Positions 37,292 to 50,797 of a DNA stretch of 64,000 nt are shown here, piece after piece. Where the stretch lies: NCBI RefSeq assembly GCF_018350175.1, contig NC_058373.1, positions 116,872,001 to 116,936,000 on the forward strand, written 5' to 3'. Positions within the stretch are counted from its first letter, which is position 1, and each line of letters opens with the position of its first letter. The notes below the pieces were generated by a model, which worked only from the letters and a program-made list of their open reading frames with translations, was not told the DNA's origin and searched no databases. Position numbers and translations under genes: made by a program. This DNA comes from Felis catus (lineage: Eukaryota).

Positions 37292-38956
37292 TAAAGGACT
37301 ACTAAGAGGACCCCATTTTGCCCTCTCTCTCTGCCTCTCGCCAGTATCTCCCAGAAAGAAGCTTGTACTTTCATCTGGCACACTGCTTTTTGTGGCTGCC
37401 ACCCAAGAGGCACCTCTAAATCGCTTGGATCTGCTGGCCAACAGGGCTCGTGCTCACGGCCTTCACCGAACTGTGACATAGGAAGAAAGAGTGTTTAACC
37501 GGCTGCCATCTCCAGGGCACAGCGATCAGGCAACAGAGAGACTCCCAGTCTTTAGCCTATCTTCACAGCTCTGCCCTAAGCATCAGACTTCTAATTAAAC
37601 ACACATCTAAAAGCCAACTGTCATCTTCTCTGGGCATCACCTCCCACTCTCCCTCTGCAACGCTCCAGAGCACCAGTATCCCAGAGAGGAGCCTGTGCAC
37701 CTGTCTGGTGTCCCAGTGTTTAGTCTAGTGCCCTGGGTTTTGCGTTTGCCTCCCGGGAGACATCCCTTGATCCCCTGAGTCTGGTAGCCAGCAGCACTCG
37801 TGTTCACTTCAGTGTGATGGTAGCGAAGAAAGGAATAGCTGTTTACTGACTATCATCCCAGGGCTCAGGACAGCGGGGACAGAGAGAGATGCCCATTCCC
37901 GATCTTCCCCAGCCCCAGAGAGGGATTTAGGTGCAAATCTGTAAAAGCTGCAGCCTAAGGGTCTGGCTTCCAATCAGCCTGAATTTAGGTGCTAACTTAA
38001 ACCCTCCCCTTCGGGACACTGACGAGTGTTGGCACACCCTCACCTACTGGGAGCCACTAAAAATAAAGTTGGCTGCTCAGCCAATCACAAAGATGTGGGA
38101 TGTGATGAAGAGCTAAGGCAGGGTTGAACAATAAACTTCATCCTCTCCATGAGACCATTCCTTCAAGACTGGGAGAAGTGCTGTTTTACCTAATGCATAA
38201 AAAGCAACACACACACCAACACCACCACCATCACCACCACCAGAGAGTCAAGAAAAATAGATGAATGTTTTTCAAACGGAAGAGCAAAATGAAACCTCAG
38301 AAAAAGATCTTAATGAAATGGAGATAATTACTTTACCTGGTAAAGAGTTCAAAATATTAGTCATGACAACGCTCACCGAGCTTGGGAGGAGAATGAATTA
38401 AAATGAAAATTTCAATAAAGTGAAAAGACCAAATAAAAAAAAATTTTAAGTACCAAATAGAAGTCACAGAGCTGAGGAATACAATAACGGAATTGAAAAA
38501 TACACTAAAGGGGTTCCACGTCCGACTTGATGAAGCAGAAGAAATAAAGCCAAGGCAGTGGAACTCACACAATCAGAGCAGCAAAATGAAAAATGAATGA
38601 AAAAGATCTAAGATAGTTTAAGGGACCTATAGACAATACCAAGTGGGCCAACATTGGCATTATGGGAGTCCCAGAAGGCAAAGAGAGAGAAAGAGGCAGA
38701 AAAATTTGGAGAAAAAAATGGCTAAAAATTTCTCTAACCTAGGGAAGGAAACACACATCCAGATCCAGGAAGACCGGAGAATCCCCAATAAGATGAACTC
38801 AAAGAGACTCCACCAACACACATTATAATAAGAGTCCCAAAAGTTCAAGGCAAGGAGAGATTCTAGAAAGCAGCAAAGGAAAAAAGAAAAAAAAAAAAAA
38901 AACAACAACTTGTCCCATGCAAGTGAACCCTCCTAAGACTATCAGCAGATTTTTCA

Positions 38957-39175
38957 AAAAAAATTTTTTTTTCAACATTTATTTATTTTTGGGACAGAGA
39001 GAGACAGAGCATGAACGGGGGAGGGGCAGAGAGAGAGGGAGACACAGAATCGGAAACAGGCTCCAGGCTCCGAGCCATCAGCCCAGAGCCCGACGCGGGG
39101 CTCGAACTCACGGACCGCGAGATCGTGACCTGGCTGAAGTCAGACGCTTAACCGACTGCGCCACCCAGGCGCCCC
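38957..39175 (-). mobile_element. Young felid-type CAN-SINE in L1 ORF1
   Basis: CpG-rich intact body; 17-bp TSD tatcagcagatttttca. Confidence 0.95.
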
Positions 39176-39931
39176 TATCAGCAGATTTTTCAGAAGAAAC
39201 TTTATAGGTCAGAAGAGAGCGCATGATATAGTCAAAATGCTAAAAGAAAAAAAACCTTCCAACCAAGAATACTCTAACCAGAAAAGTTTTCTTTCAGAAT
39301 TGGAGGAGGGATACAGAGTTTTCTGGACAAGCAAGTTAAAGAAGCTCATCACCATCAGACTGTCCTTGTAAGAAATTTTAAAGGGATTTTAAACCGAAAC
39401 AAAGGGGTACTAATTAGTAACAAGAAAACATATGGAAGTATTTATCTCGCTGGTAAAAGTAAATATACAGTAAAATTCAGAATAAACTAATACTGTAAAG
39501 ATGGTACATTAATCGCTTACAAAGCTAGTATGAAAATTAAAAGACAAAAGGACTAAAAATAACTGTAATTACAATAATATGTTAAGAGATACACAAGATA
39601 AAAAGATGTAAATTGTGACCTCAAAAACAAAAATGTTGGGGATGGGAGTAAAAATGTAGAGCTTTAGAATGTTTTCCAACTTAAGTTCTTACCAACTAGA
39701 AATATACTGTTATAAATATCCATTCTTTTATGTAAGCCTTGTGGTAACCACAAAGCAATAAATCTGTAGTAGACACACAAAAGATAAGGAGAAAAGACTC
39801 TAAGCACCCTACTGAAGTAAACTGGATCACAAAGAAAGCAAGAGAAGAAAGGGACAGAGGGATTACAAAACAACCAGAGAACAATTAACAAAATGGCAAT
39901 GAGTATATAGCTACTAACAATTGTAATTCTT

Positions 39932-40161
39932 GGGGCGCCTGGGTGGCGCAGTCGGTTAAGCGTCCGACTTCAGCCAGGTCACGATCTCGTGGTCTGGGAG
40001 TTCGAGCCCCGCGTCGGGCTCTGGGCTGATGGCTCGGAGCCTGGAGCCTGTTTCCGATTCTGTGTCTCCCTCTCTCTCTGCCCCTCCCCCGTTCATGCTC
40101 TGTCTCTCTCTGTCCCAAAAATAAATAAACGTTGAAAAAAAAATTAAAAAAAAAAAAAAAA
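39932..40161 (+). mobile_element. Young felid-type CAN-SINE at the start of L1 ORF2, no TSD
   Basis: GGGGCGCCTGGGTGGCGCAGTCGG head, long A tail; flanks are not duplicated. Confidence 0.95.
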
Positions 40162-40758
40162 CGTAAGCCATATATATGCTGCCTACAATTCATTTCAGAT
40201 ATATGGACACGTGCAGACTGAAAATGATAGGGAAATACATTCCCTGCAGATGGAAACCAAAAGAAAGCTGGGGTAGCTACACTTCTACCAGACAAAATAG
40301 ACTTTAAGACAAAGACTGTAGTAAGAGACAGAGAAGGCCACTACATTATAACAAAGGGGTCAATCCAATGGGAGGATATAACATGTATATTTATGCACAT
40401 AACATAGGAGCACCTAAACAGATAAAGCAAATACAAACAACCCTAAGGGGGAAAAGAGACAGCAATATAATAATAACAGGGGACTTTAATACCCCACTTA
40501 CATCAATGGATGGATCATCCAGACAGAAAATCAATAAGGAAATATCAGCCTTAAACAACAAGTTAGATCAGATGGACTTAATAAATAGATACTGAACATT
40601 CCATCCAAAAGCATAATACACGTGCTTCCCAAGTGCACATGGAATGTTCTCCAGGATAAATCATATGGTAGGCCACAAAACAATTCTTAATAAATTTAAG
40701 ATGATTGAAATCATATGAAGCCTCTTTTATGACCACAATGGTAAGAACTAGAAATCAA

Positions 40759-40957
40759 GGGGGCACCTGGGTGGCTCAGTTGGTTAAGTGCTGACTTCAG
40801 CTCACGTCATGATCTCACAGTTTGTGATTTCAAGCCCCACGTTGGACTCTGTGCTGAGAGCTCAGAACCTGGAGCCTGCTTTGGATACTGTGTCTCCCTC
40901 TCTCTCTGCTCCCCCCTTCTCAAAAATAAAATAAACATTGAAAAAAAATTAAAAAAA
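40759..40957 (+). mobile_element. CAN-SINE in L1 ORF2
   Basis: SINE body; TSD aagaacta(g/a)aaatca. Confidence 0.93.
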
Positions 40958-43704
40958 AAGAACTAAAAATCAGTTACAAGAAAAAAACTGGAAAAATCAC
41001 ATATGTATGGAAACTAAACAACAACCAATGAACAACCAATAGGTCACAGAAGGAATAAAAAAATACTTTAGACAAACAAAAATGGAAATGTATCAAAACT
41101 TAAATGATGCAGCAAAAGTAGTTCTAAGAGGGAAAGTTTATAGTTACAAATGCCTACGTATCAAGAAACAAGAGAGATCTCAAATAAACAACTTAAGTTT
41201 ATACCAGAAGGAACTGGGAAAAGAAACAAAGCCTAAAGTTAGTAAAAGAAAGGAAATAAAGATGAGATCAGAAATAATGACTAAAAAGACAATAGAAAAT
41301 ATCAGTGAAACTAAGAGCTAGTTCTTTGAAAAGATAAATAAAATGGACAAACCTTTAGCTAAATCAACCAAGTAAAATAGAGGGGGCTCCAATAAAATCA
41401 GAAATCAAAGAGGAAACATTACAACTGCTATCACAGAAATATAAAGGATCATAAGAGACTACTATGAACAATTATATGCCAAATAGAACAATCTAGAAGA
41501 AGTGGAAAATTCCTAATTATATAACCTACCCAAATTGAATCATGAAGAAAGAGAAAATCTGAACAGATTACTAGTAAGGAGGTTGAATCTGTCATCACAA
41601 AGCCCCCAGCAAACAAAAATCCAGGGCCAGAAGCCTTCACTGGGAAATTCCACCAGACATTCAAAGAATAATTAATACCTTTACAGACTCTTCCAAAAAA
41701 TAGAAGAGGGAATGCTTTCAAACTCATTTTATGAGGCCAGTATCACCCTGATACCAAAACCAGACAAGGATGCCACAAGAAAAGAAAATTATAGGCCAAT
41801 ATTCCTGATGAACATAGAAGCAAAAATTCTCAACAAAATATTAGCAAACCAAATTCAACAATACATTAAAAGGACCATATACTATGATTAGGTAGAATTT
41901 ATTCCAGGGATGCAAGGATGGTGTGATATCCAAAAACCAATCGATGTGATACACCAGATTAACAAACGAAGGGTAAAAAAAAATACATCCTCTCAATAGA
42001 TACAGAACAAGCATTTGACAATATTCAACATCAATTTATGACAAAAACTCTCAACAAAGTGGGTATAAAGGAAGCATACCTCAACATAATAAGGGCCTTA
42101 AGTGACAAGCCCACAACTAATTTCATACTCAATGGTGGTGAAAACCTGAAAGCTTTTCTTCTGAGATCAGGAACAAAACAAGGATGCCTGCTCTTGTCAC
42201 TTAAATTCAACAAAGTATTGCGAGGCCTAGCCAGAGAAATCAGGCAAGAAAAAGAAATAAAATGCATCCAAATAGGAAAGGAAGAAGTAAAACTGTAACT
42301 TTGCAAATGGCATGATACTATATATAAAAAACCCTAAAGATTACACCAAAAACTGTTAAAATAAATGAATTCAGTAAAGTTGCAGGATACAAAAATCAAT
42401 CTACAGAGATCTGTTACATTTCTCTGCACTAATAATAAACTATCAGAAAGGGAAATTACAAAAACAATCTCACCCACAATTGTATCAAAAGGAATAAAAT
42501 ACCTAGGAATAAATTTAACCAAGGAGGTGAAAAACTCGAACACTGAAAACTTTAGGATATTAAGAAATTTAAGACACAGATGGAAAAAGTATACCATGCT
42601 CAAGGAATGGAAGAATATTGTTAAAATGATAAAATAATTATTGATAAAATTTTATCAACTATGGATATCGAATATTATTAAAATGTCCATGCCACCTAAA
42701 GCAATCTACAGATTCAAACAATCTGTATCCAAATTCTAATGACGCTTTTCAGAGAAATGGAACAATCCTAACGTGTATGGAACCACAAAAAAACTGAGTA
42801 GCCAAAGCTGTCTTGAGAAAGAACAAAGCTGGAGACATTAAACTCCCTATTCCAAACTATATTACAAAGCTATAATAATTAAAAAAGTATAGTATTGGCA
42901 TAAAAACAGACACACAGAGAAATGGAACAGAATAGAGAGCCCAGAAACACACACATAGATATGCGGTCAATTAATTTATGATAAAGGAGCCAAGAATATA
43001 CAATGCAAAAGGGACAGTCTCTTCAATAAATGATGCTGGGAAAACTGGAGAGCGACATGCAAAAGAATGACACTGAACCCCTATCTCACACCATACACAG
43101 AAGTTAACTCAAAATGGATTAAAGACCTAAGTGTAAAACCTGGAACAAAACATAGGCAATGAGCCCCTTCGCATTGATCATGGCAATGATGTTTTAGACT
43201 TGACAGCAAGAACAAAAATAAACAAGTGGGATTACATCAAACTAAAAAGCTTCTGGACAGCTAAACAACCATCAAGAAAATGAAAAGACAACTTACCAAA
43301 TTGGAGAAAATATTTGGAAATCATATCTGATAAAAGTTCAATAAACAAAAAATATATAGAATGCATATGACTCAATTGCAAAAAAACCAAACCAATTTAA
43401 AAACCGGGCAGAGGATCTGAAGAGACATTTTCCCAAGGACAATATACAGATGGCCAACAGACACATGAAAAGGTGCTCAGCATCACTGGTCATCAGGGAA
43501 ATGCAAATAAAAACCACAGTGAGGTACTACCTTGCACCTGTTAGAATGGCTATTATCAAAAAAGCAAGAAATAATCACGCTGGCGAGGATGTAAAGAAAA
43601 GGAAACCTTTGGTGCGCTGTTGGAGGGAATGTAAATTGGTGTCACTACATGCGCAATAGTATGGATGTCCTCAAAAATTAAAAATAAAACTACCATATGA
43701 GCCA

Positions 43705-43922
43705 GGAGCACCTGAGTGGCTCAGTCGGTTAAGCTTTTGACGCTTACTCTCAGCTCAGGTCATGATCTCCTTGCCATCAGATTGAACCCTGCATCAGAAT
43801 CCATGTTGAGTGTGGAGCCTACTTGAAATTGATATTCCCTCTCTTTCTCTCTCTGCCTCTCTCCCCTGCTCACTTATGCACATATTCTCACTCTCTCAAG
43901 GAAAAAAAAAACAACAACAAAA
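43705..43922 (+). mobile_element. Older CAN-SINE in the L1 3' region
   Basis: Diverged head ggagcacctgagtggctcagtcgg; TSD ctaccatatga(g/t)cca. Confidence 0.85.
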
Positions 43923-44096
43923 AAACCTACCATATGATCCAGAAATTCTACATCTGGGTTTCTCTCTGAGGGAAATGCAAATACGAACTCAAAAAGGTAA
44001 CTTGACTCCCACATTCACGGCAGCATAATTTACAATAGCCAAGACATGGAAGCAACCTAAGGGTCCGTGAATGAATGAATGGATAAAGAAAATGTG

Positions 44097-44107
44097 GTGC
44101 GCGCGCG

Positions 44108-44151
<44 letters not shown>
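44097..44151. repeat. (GC)n-(CA)n alternating purine-pyrimidine microsatellite
   Basis: gtgcgcgcgcgcacgcgcgcgcacacac...a, uninterrupted RY alternation. Confidence 0.95.
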
Positions 44152-44153
<2 letters not shown>

Positions 44154-44741
44154 AATATCATACAGCCATAAAAATAAGGAAATTTTGCCATTTGTGACAA
44201 CATGGATGGACCTTGAGGGCATTATGCTGAGTAAAACAAGTTAGAGAAAGACAAATCCTATATAATCTCCCTTACATGTGAAATCTAAAAAAAATTTAAA
44301 AAACTAACACCCCCTCCTACCAAATTCTGAACTTACAGAGAATAGATTGGTGGTTTGCCCAGGTAGGGGGGGCTGGGGGGTGGAGGATGGGGGAAATGGG
44401 TCAAAAGGTATAAACGTTCACATATAAGAGAGTCCTGGGTGTGTAATGTACAGCACAGTGACTAAATATAAAAATAGAAAGCTGTTCGTCATCGATGTAT
44501 CTTAAACTTTGGCTAAAGATTACAAAACTAAAGTCTACAGGACCCCGGGAGAAGGCTACTCATCACACATTAAAACTCAGAATTTAAAACACTGGGGCTG
44601 AGACTGCAGGTGGTCTATGAAGCTGGAGGCCCCTCAACGGTAGAATTTTCACACCTCTGTCCCCGTGATCTCACGGGCCCTACGTTCACACCACATGAGC
44701 CCCGCTGAGCTCTCCGGTTTAGGCAGAGACCAAAGACGCTA

Positions 44742-45036
44742 GCTCTTACTACAATGGACGTTGTCACTGAAGGTTTAGTGACCAGGATAGGGTCTCAAAG
44801 CATTTGCCAACAGCACTTTGTTGGTCAAAACCCAATGGTCCTGAACTGAATAAAGTATGGACTTTTCATAACGATGCACCAATACTGACTCCTTAGCTAC
44901 AACAAATGTACCACAGGAACAGGAACGTCAGAGGACAACAATGGGGGAAACCGGTGAGGGGATGTGGGAACTCTCTGTACGGCTTTGTAACTTTTCTGCA
45001 AGTCAAAAACTATTCTAAAATAAACACGTTTCTTAC
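44742..45036 (+). repeat. Probable source copy of the inverted duplicate at 1-295; includes an ancient L1M 3' end (~44850-45030)
   Basis: Reverse complement matches 1-295 at 286/295; ggaactctctgtac...taacttttctgcaagtcaaaaactattctaaaataaa resembles old L1MC/MD ends. Confidence 0.93.
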
Positions 45037-45202
45037 TTAAAAACTAAGCAAATGAACAAAACCAAAAGCCCCAAATCTTAGCGGTGCTGAGACAGGCGAT
45101 ATTACACGCAGATGAAAGCGATCTTGAACCCCCACCTGCAACCTTACCTAAACATCAATTCCAGCTGGCTTGTGTATTGAAACACAGATCTAAAGATTCT
45201 GG

Positions 45203-45328
45203 GGGCACCTGGGTGGCTCCGTCAGTCAGTTAAGCATCTGACTCTTGATTTCGGCAGAGGTCACGGTTCACCATTTGTGAGTTTGAGCCCCATATCAGGC
45301 TCTGTGCTGACTGTATAGAACCTATGGG

Positions 45329-45387
<59 letters not shown>

Positions 45388-45445
45388 ACCCTGCTCATGC
45401 TCACTCTCTCTCTCTCTCTCAAAATAAATAAATGAACTTAAATAA
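45203..45445 (+). mobile_element. CAN-SINE with long (CT)n within old L1M remnants (~45085-45770)
   Basis: SINE head and tail; TSD aaa(g/c)attctgg. Confidence 0.9.
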
Positions 45446-47665
45446 AAACATTCTGGACTGTACCACGAAGAACATCTTTATGATAAAGACAGAGGTCTCT
45501 TTAATAGGGTCACAAAGGAAAGGACTGAACCCCATCGAAAGCAAGAACTTCTATTCATCAAGGGACACAGAGAAGAATATATTTAAAAATATATCCAACA
45601 ATGGGCTCCTATCCAGAATACAGAACTCCTAAAAATCAATAAGACAGACCACATACAGACAAAATGGGCAAAGATCTGAAAAGGAATTTCACAGAAGAGG
45701 GTATCTAGAAGACCAATAAACACTGATGGTGTTCGGCATCATCAGTTATCAGGGAAAGGCATTTTTATCACCAGCTTGGTGTGAGGGGCATGGTTTGCCA
45801 TCAGAAGAGGCCGGCAGAGGAAGAGGATATCAACCTTCACTCCAGGCCCTCTTCCCACGAAGACCAAGAACTCCACCCTTAAACCCTGGCAAAGGTTGAG
45901 AATCCCCGTGGGTCCCGAGAGGGTCCCCAAACCGGAAGGGCTGAGAAAGAGCCGTCTCTCTAGGCCCTCACCTCTCATTCCTGAGAATGCAGGTTTTGCT
46001 ATATATTCTGGGCAGCCCTTAAAGCCTCCAGAAGGCCACCTAAAGCCTACCAGGAGGACAGGGGCAGCAGGGCACTCAGAAGGCGGCTGGCAGGAAGCGG
46101 TGAGGGCGGCCCCGGCCAGCACGGGCAGGGTGTCCACTCGGAGGCACGGAGCAGGAGAATTTCGTTGCTGCTTCAGCACCAATGACAGCAGCCCTTCCGT
46201 TGCCAGGGAAGTGATGTGCCCAGAACTGCAATTTGCGGGGCCGTGACACCCTGTGCCTGCCATCTAGAGGTACGGGAGGCAGCCTGGCCGCCCGGCCTTC
46301 CGGGCCTCAAGCCTGGGTGAGCTTAATGTGGGAGATCTGTCAGCTTAATCCCCTAAACATCTTCCTCCTGTGAGCCTTGTGCTCAGCTGCACGGCCTGCC
46401 AGCTGGCCTAAATCCTCAGCTTGCCAGAGAACTGGCCACAAGCAACGGCAGGAAATGAAACCAAGGAAAGCCCTCAGCTGGGGCGCGGTGAGCGTCTCCT
46501 GGTGTCCCTGTGACTCTTTCAGACGCTGTCGGATGAGGAGGGCCATCCACGTCCCCTGATACCCTCCGTGGCTCTTCATACCCCTGCTGCGTCCAGCCGG
46601 CTCTGCCTTCACGGCTGGAGCCCCGTTTCATGGCAGTGACGTGAACCACTGCCCCGGGTGAGGCACAGCTTCCCCACATCTAGCTGTGCGGCCTTCTCCA
46701 CGCTTCCTCTTCGATTGGTGGAAGGGGGCCCGCGTGGGGTAATCCTACAGCGGCCAAACACAGTCCTTGTCACAGAGGCAGGGGGTGCATCATCACTAAA
46801 CTCCCCCCTCGAAGGAAAGGAAATCAATCTCATCAGCCCTCTGTCTTCAGTATTATTACCACCTGAACGCCCGTAACCTGCCAAAGTTGCCCTCTGTGGA
46901 GGGGAAGCTCCAAGTGCTCGAAGATTCGCTCACGCTTAAACCAAAACTTGGTTTAGAGCTGTGTCTCTGCTACGAAACAGTAAGCAGAGGTATGCGGTGT
47001 TAGGCGCTCAGAGTGTTTCTGGCCTCTGTTAAGCAGTTCGTGGCGGTTGTCCATTCCTGGGGGTGGTTCTCGAGCTCGGTGGTACTGGCACCTTTGCTTT
47101 ACAGCTGAGAAAGCCGAGGCCCAGAGGGGCCGGGAGATCACGGAGTCCCTCAGCTGGGTTTGTGGGATCCCAATACCTTGGGCCAATGTGCCCCCCAGCC
47201 TGTTGGGCCCGGTTCTAGCCTCTGAAAGCCCCAAGAAAAGCGTCACTCCCTTTCCCAAGGCCTTTCCACATCCCTGCCCCTTCTCCTGGACCAAGCTTCC
47301 TTGGGCTTCTCATAGTTGCCTCCTGGCTTTGGCCTCAGTCCCCTCCCCATCCTGGCCACTGGTGTGCCCGGGGTCCCTTCTAAGGGTGCTAGGCAGAAAT
47401 GGACACAGTCTTCCATCGCTGGTAACCACCTCTACAATTCTGGACTCGGTATCCCTCACGATGCAGCCTGTGGGTCTCATTCCCCACCCCCACCCCCCAT
47501 CGGCCATGAGCTCAAAAGCAAGTCCAACACCTGAGGACTTTTCAAGTCCAACACCTGAGGCTTTATCACATATGGTATTTTAAAGTATTCCTTCTGCCTT
47601 CAGAACTTCACCTTCATCTCAGTGAGATTTCATCTTGTTAGATTTGACTGTTTCAGTCTGTTGAA

Positions 47666-47792
47666 TTTTTTTTTTTTTTTTTTAAGTAGACTTCACGCCC
47701 AACACAGGGCTTGAACTCACAACCCTGAGATCAAGTCCTGAGCTGAGATCCAGAGTCAGACGCCTAACTGACTGAGCCACCCAGGAGCCCCC
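47666..47792 (-). mobile_element. Short older CAN-SINE
   Basis: T tail, gggcttgaactcacaaccctgagatc...gagccacccaggagcccc; TSD tctgttga. Confidence 0.88.
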
Positions 47793-49709
47793 TCTGTTGA
47801 GTACTTTAACAGTGTGGATTCTGTCGTTTCGGACAATGGCTACCCCTCAAAGTGTGTCACGGTAAATGTGACTCCCACGCCTCCTGGAGGACGCCGCTGC
47901 TGAATGGCCGAGGACAGGGCCTGAGGCCACCACCCACGACCATCCAGACGGGGACCCCTTGCTTTGAAACAGAATTCCTTGGGAAGCATCGTTCAGCTAG
48001 TTACAGACCTTCCACGTACTCCAAACCCACACTCACCCTTCCAGGCTCCCTCCTGGTCACCACTGCCTTCTCCTGGGCCTTCAGGCTCTCGGCTCGTTAC
48101 GTCTGAACCGACAAAGACCAACTTTGACTCCTTTGACGAGTAAGCGTCGTGTCATCCGCCCCGCTGTCCATGTTCTCTGTAGCGTCTCCGGACAAGGTTG
48201 ACAGTCGGGTGACTGAGGCCTTGGTGATGCTGCAGGGGAATCAGGGTGCAGGTGACAGAAGGAGGGCCTTGGAAAACGAGCAGATAACCCAGTGGTGTGC
48301 GAGGAGGAGGAGGAGGAGAAGCGGAAAGGGGGGAGGAGAAGGAAGGGGAAGGAGCTCTCCTAAAGGCAGTCGGGGCTGATGGCAAGAAATCTCCAGCACC
48401 TGCCCGTGAATCTGTGGCGAGCCCACAGGTGCCAGACGCTCGCGGCCTCTGCTCCTTTTTCTCTTGACATTTTGCTCAAGAGGGGCGGTACCCCAGGTTT
48501 GCTCGGATTGGGCTCAGCCCCCTTAGGAAAAGTGCAAAGCGCAGGGTCCGTCCCTTGAATGCCTTTTCAACACTCGGGCACTGGAGACGGGGCCGAGCTG
48601 ATTGGCTTCATGACCAGAAGGTGCTTCTCGTAGACCATTTGTTCATGCAAGGCCCTGAGAAACTGGGAGTTTCTCTAATGCTTTTCCACATGACCACAGA
48701 TGAACCGTTCAAAGAGGGCCAGCGGGAAGGGACAAACATTTAAGGGCCAGGAGAGGGGAAGGGCTGTCTTCTAGAGAGAACTGGAAATGAACGTGCAAGC
48801 TTTATCGGGCAAAAGCTGTATTTCTGCCTGCTTATTAGGCACAGGGCTACGGGGGAAGGACGGGTTGACACGTGGAGGGACACAGGTCCTGATTCTGGAG
48901 GGAAGCCACAGAGGGCCCTTGGGAGCCATTCACCTAAGTGAAGTGTGTTTTCCGTGCGCCCCAGTTCCTTGGGGGCACGAGCCAACGTGCCCTTGAAGAG
49001 TTGCTGCAGATGCGCGGCCCAAGTGCCAACGGCAGGCTGCGGGCTCCCTCTGCTGTCCACTTGTGAGCTTTGCCTTCAAGTGGAGGAGAGCTATTCCAGG
49101 AGCAAATCTGAAGGCACAAAACTTGGCTGGAAACAGGGGCTCTCGAAGGACCACGAGAAGCCCTGTGCTGGGCCCAGAGCCCTGTTAGCGTCTGACCTAA
49201 TGGCCGGCGTGACCCACTCATGGGTCAGGTGAGTCCCAGAGCGGTACTTTCAGGGACTTTTCTGGGGCCAGGGGTGAAGAGGGAATCCCTGAGAGCCAAG
49301 GGATGCTCAGAGCGCTGAGCAAATGATAAAGACGTTGCTTCAACCTGGAAGGCGTTCAGAGGAGAGAAGCCTGTGTTGATGGCTCCATTTTCTGTTCTTC
49401 AGACTAATGACAAAATTTCCTGCCACCGATAACCTCCCTCCCTCCAAAACCTGAGCCAGTGTGGAAAGGATTGGGGAGCAGGGGTGGGGATGAGGGGCTT
49501 GAGCTTGGGGAGAACTGCCAGGCGCTGGTTTCTCTGGCCAGGGTTTCTCCCCCAGTACGATCTGCTAAGTACCCAGATGCAGAAACACCGATCATTTTTC
49601 CCCTACAGTAAATTCCAGAAGCACCAAGGGTTGTCCGGTAAACAAGGCCCCAGTGCCCAGTCTTTTCCAGACCATGAGCTCCCCTTGCTTCAAGATTCTG
49701 GAGCAGATA

Positions 49710-49920
49710 GGGACGCCTGGGGGGGCTCAGTCGGTTAAGCATCTGACTTCAGCTCAGGTCATGATCTCACGGTCCGTGGGTTCGAGCCCAGCGTCGGGCT
49801 CTGTGCTGACAGCTAAGAGCCTGGAGACTGTTTCGGATTCTGTGTCTCCCTCTCTCTCTGCCCTCCCCCACTCACACTCTGTCTCTCTCTTTCAGATATA
49901 AACATTAAAAAAAAACCTTA
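49710..49920 (+). mobile_element. CAN-SINE
   Basis: SINE head, body and tail. Confidence 0.93.
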
Positions 49921-50570
49921 AAAGATTGTGGGGTGGAGAAGAGTGACAGGATTCACTTATTTCTGTGGTAGGTTATGATTCTGTTGAACAAAGTGGTGTG
50001 GAAAATGTCACATTTCTTTCTTCTTACTCTAAATCTGGCTAATGGGTTCTAATCAGCCTTTGCAGAGGCTGACCGTGCCTCTGATCCTTCTAGCTCTTTC
50101 AGGCACAAAGGGCGGGGTCTGGGATAATACTGGGATCAGCCTGTCCCAGCTGGAGAAATTTAGGAAATGCTGCAAAACATCCCGGGATCCCCCACTCCGG
50201 ATGCCTGGCAGGGTTCCTGTTTACAAACATGCCGCGCTAAGGGGCTCATGCCGACTTAGAGACCCCAATCTCCATTTCTCAACGCCCGGTTTGTCATCCG
50301 CCGCTGGGAGCACAAAATTCTACCTGCCTGTGGCACATTAGGTTCGATAATCTCTTCCTGATGCTACAAATTCTCGTTGTGAAATTTGGGACTTTTCTCA
50401 CTTAACTGGATCCCCACATCTCGTAAGGGATCCAAGCTGTCTGGCCAACCAAGCTGAGCCCTGACGTTGAAAATTCAACGTAGGCGAACTTCCCCGTTCT
50501 TTGATAGTTTGAAGGTTTCTTTCTGGGGTCCAGCCCGTCACCTTCATATTTCTAGAAGAAGGAGCATGTT

Positions 50571-50797
50571 GGGGCGCCTGGGTGGCTCAGTCGGTTGAGC
50601 GTCCGACTTCAGCCAGGTCGCGATCTCGCGGTCCGTGAGTTCGAGCCCCGCGTTGGGCTCTGGGCTGATGATGGCCGAGAGCCTGGAGCCTGCTTCCGAT
50701 TCTGTGTCTCCCTCTCTCTCTGACCCTCCCCTGTTCGTGCTCTGCCTCTCTCTGTCTCAAAAATAAACGTTAAAAAAAAATTTAATAAAAAAAAAAA
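50571..50797 (+). mobile_element. Felid-type CAN-SINE
   Basis: CpG-rich body, A tail, gagcatg on both flanks. Confidence 0.95.

Larger units (their letters stand above)
36232..44480 (+). mobile_element. Near full-length degenerate carnivore-type L1 with several nested SINEs
   Basis: 5' end caagatggtgatgtgggaggatcctgaactcacc; ORF1 and ORF2 remnants (e.g. [40 protein letters not shown]); 3' UTR; many stops and frameshifts. Confidence 0.92.

Noticed and set aside
38917..40295. Recurrent ORFs such as ...GQRETEHERGRGRERGRHRIGNRLQA... and MAQSVERLTSAQVMISR... across the window
   Set aside because: These are translations of CAN-SINE copies, not a gene family.
36232..44480. Active full-length L1
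   Set aside because: ORF1 and ORF2 are fragmented and interrupted by SINEs.
45742..49300. GC-richer block with many overlapping 60-180 aa ORFs as a possible gene or CpG island
   Set aside because: No recognisable protein, no coherent splice pattern and only moderate CpG density; a regulatory role cannot be excluded but is unsupported.
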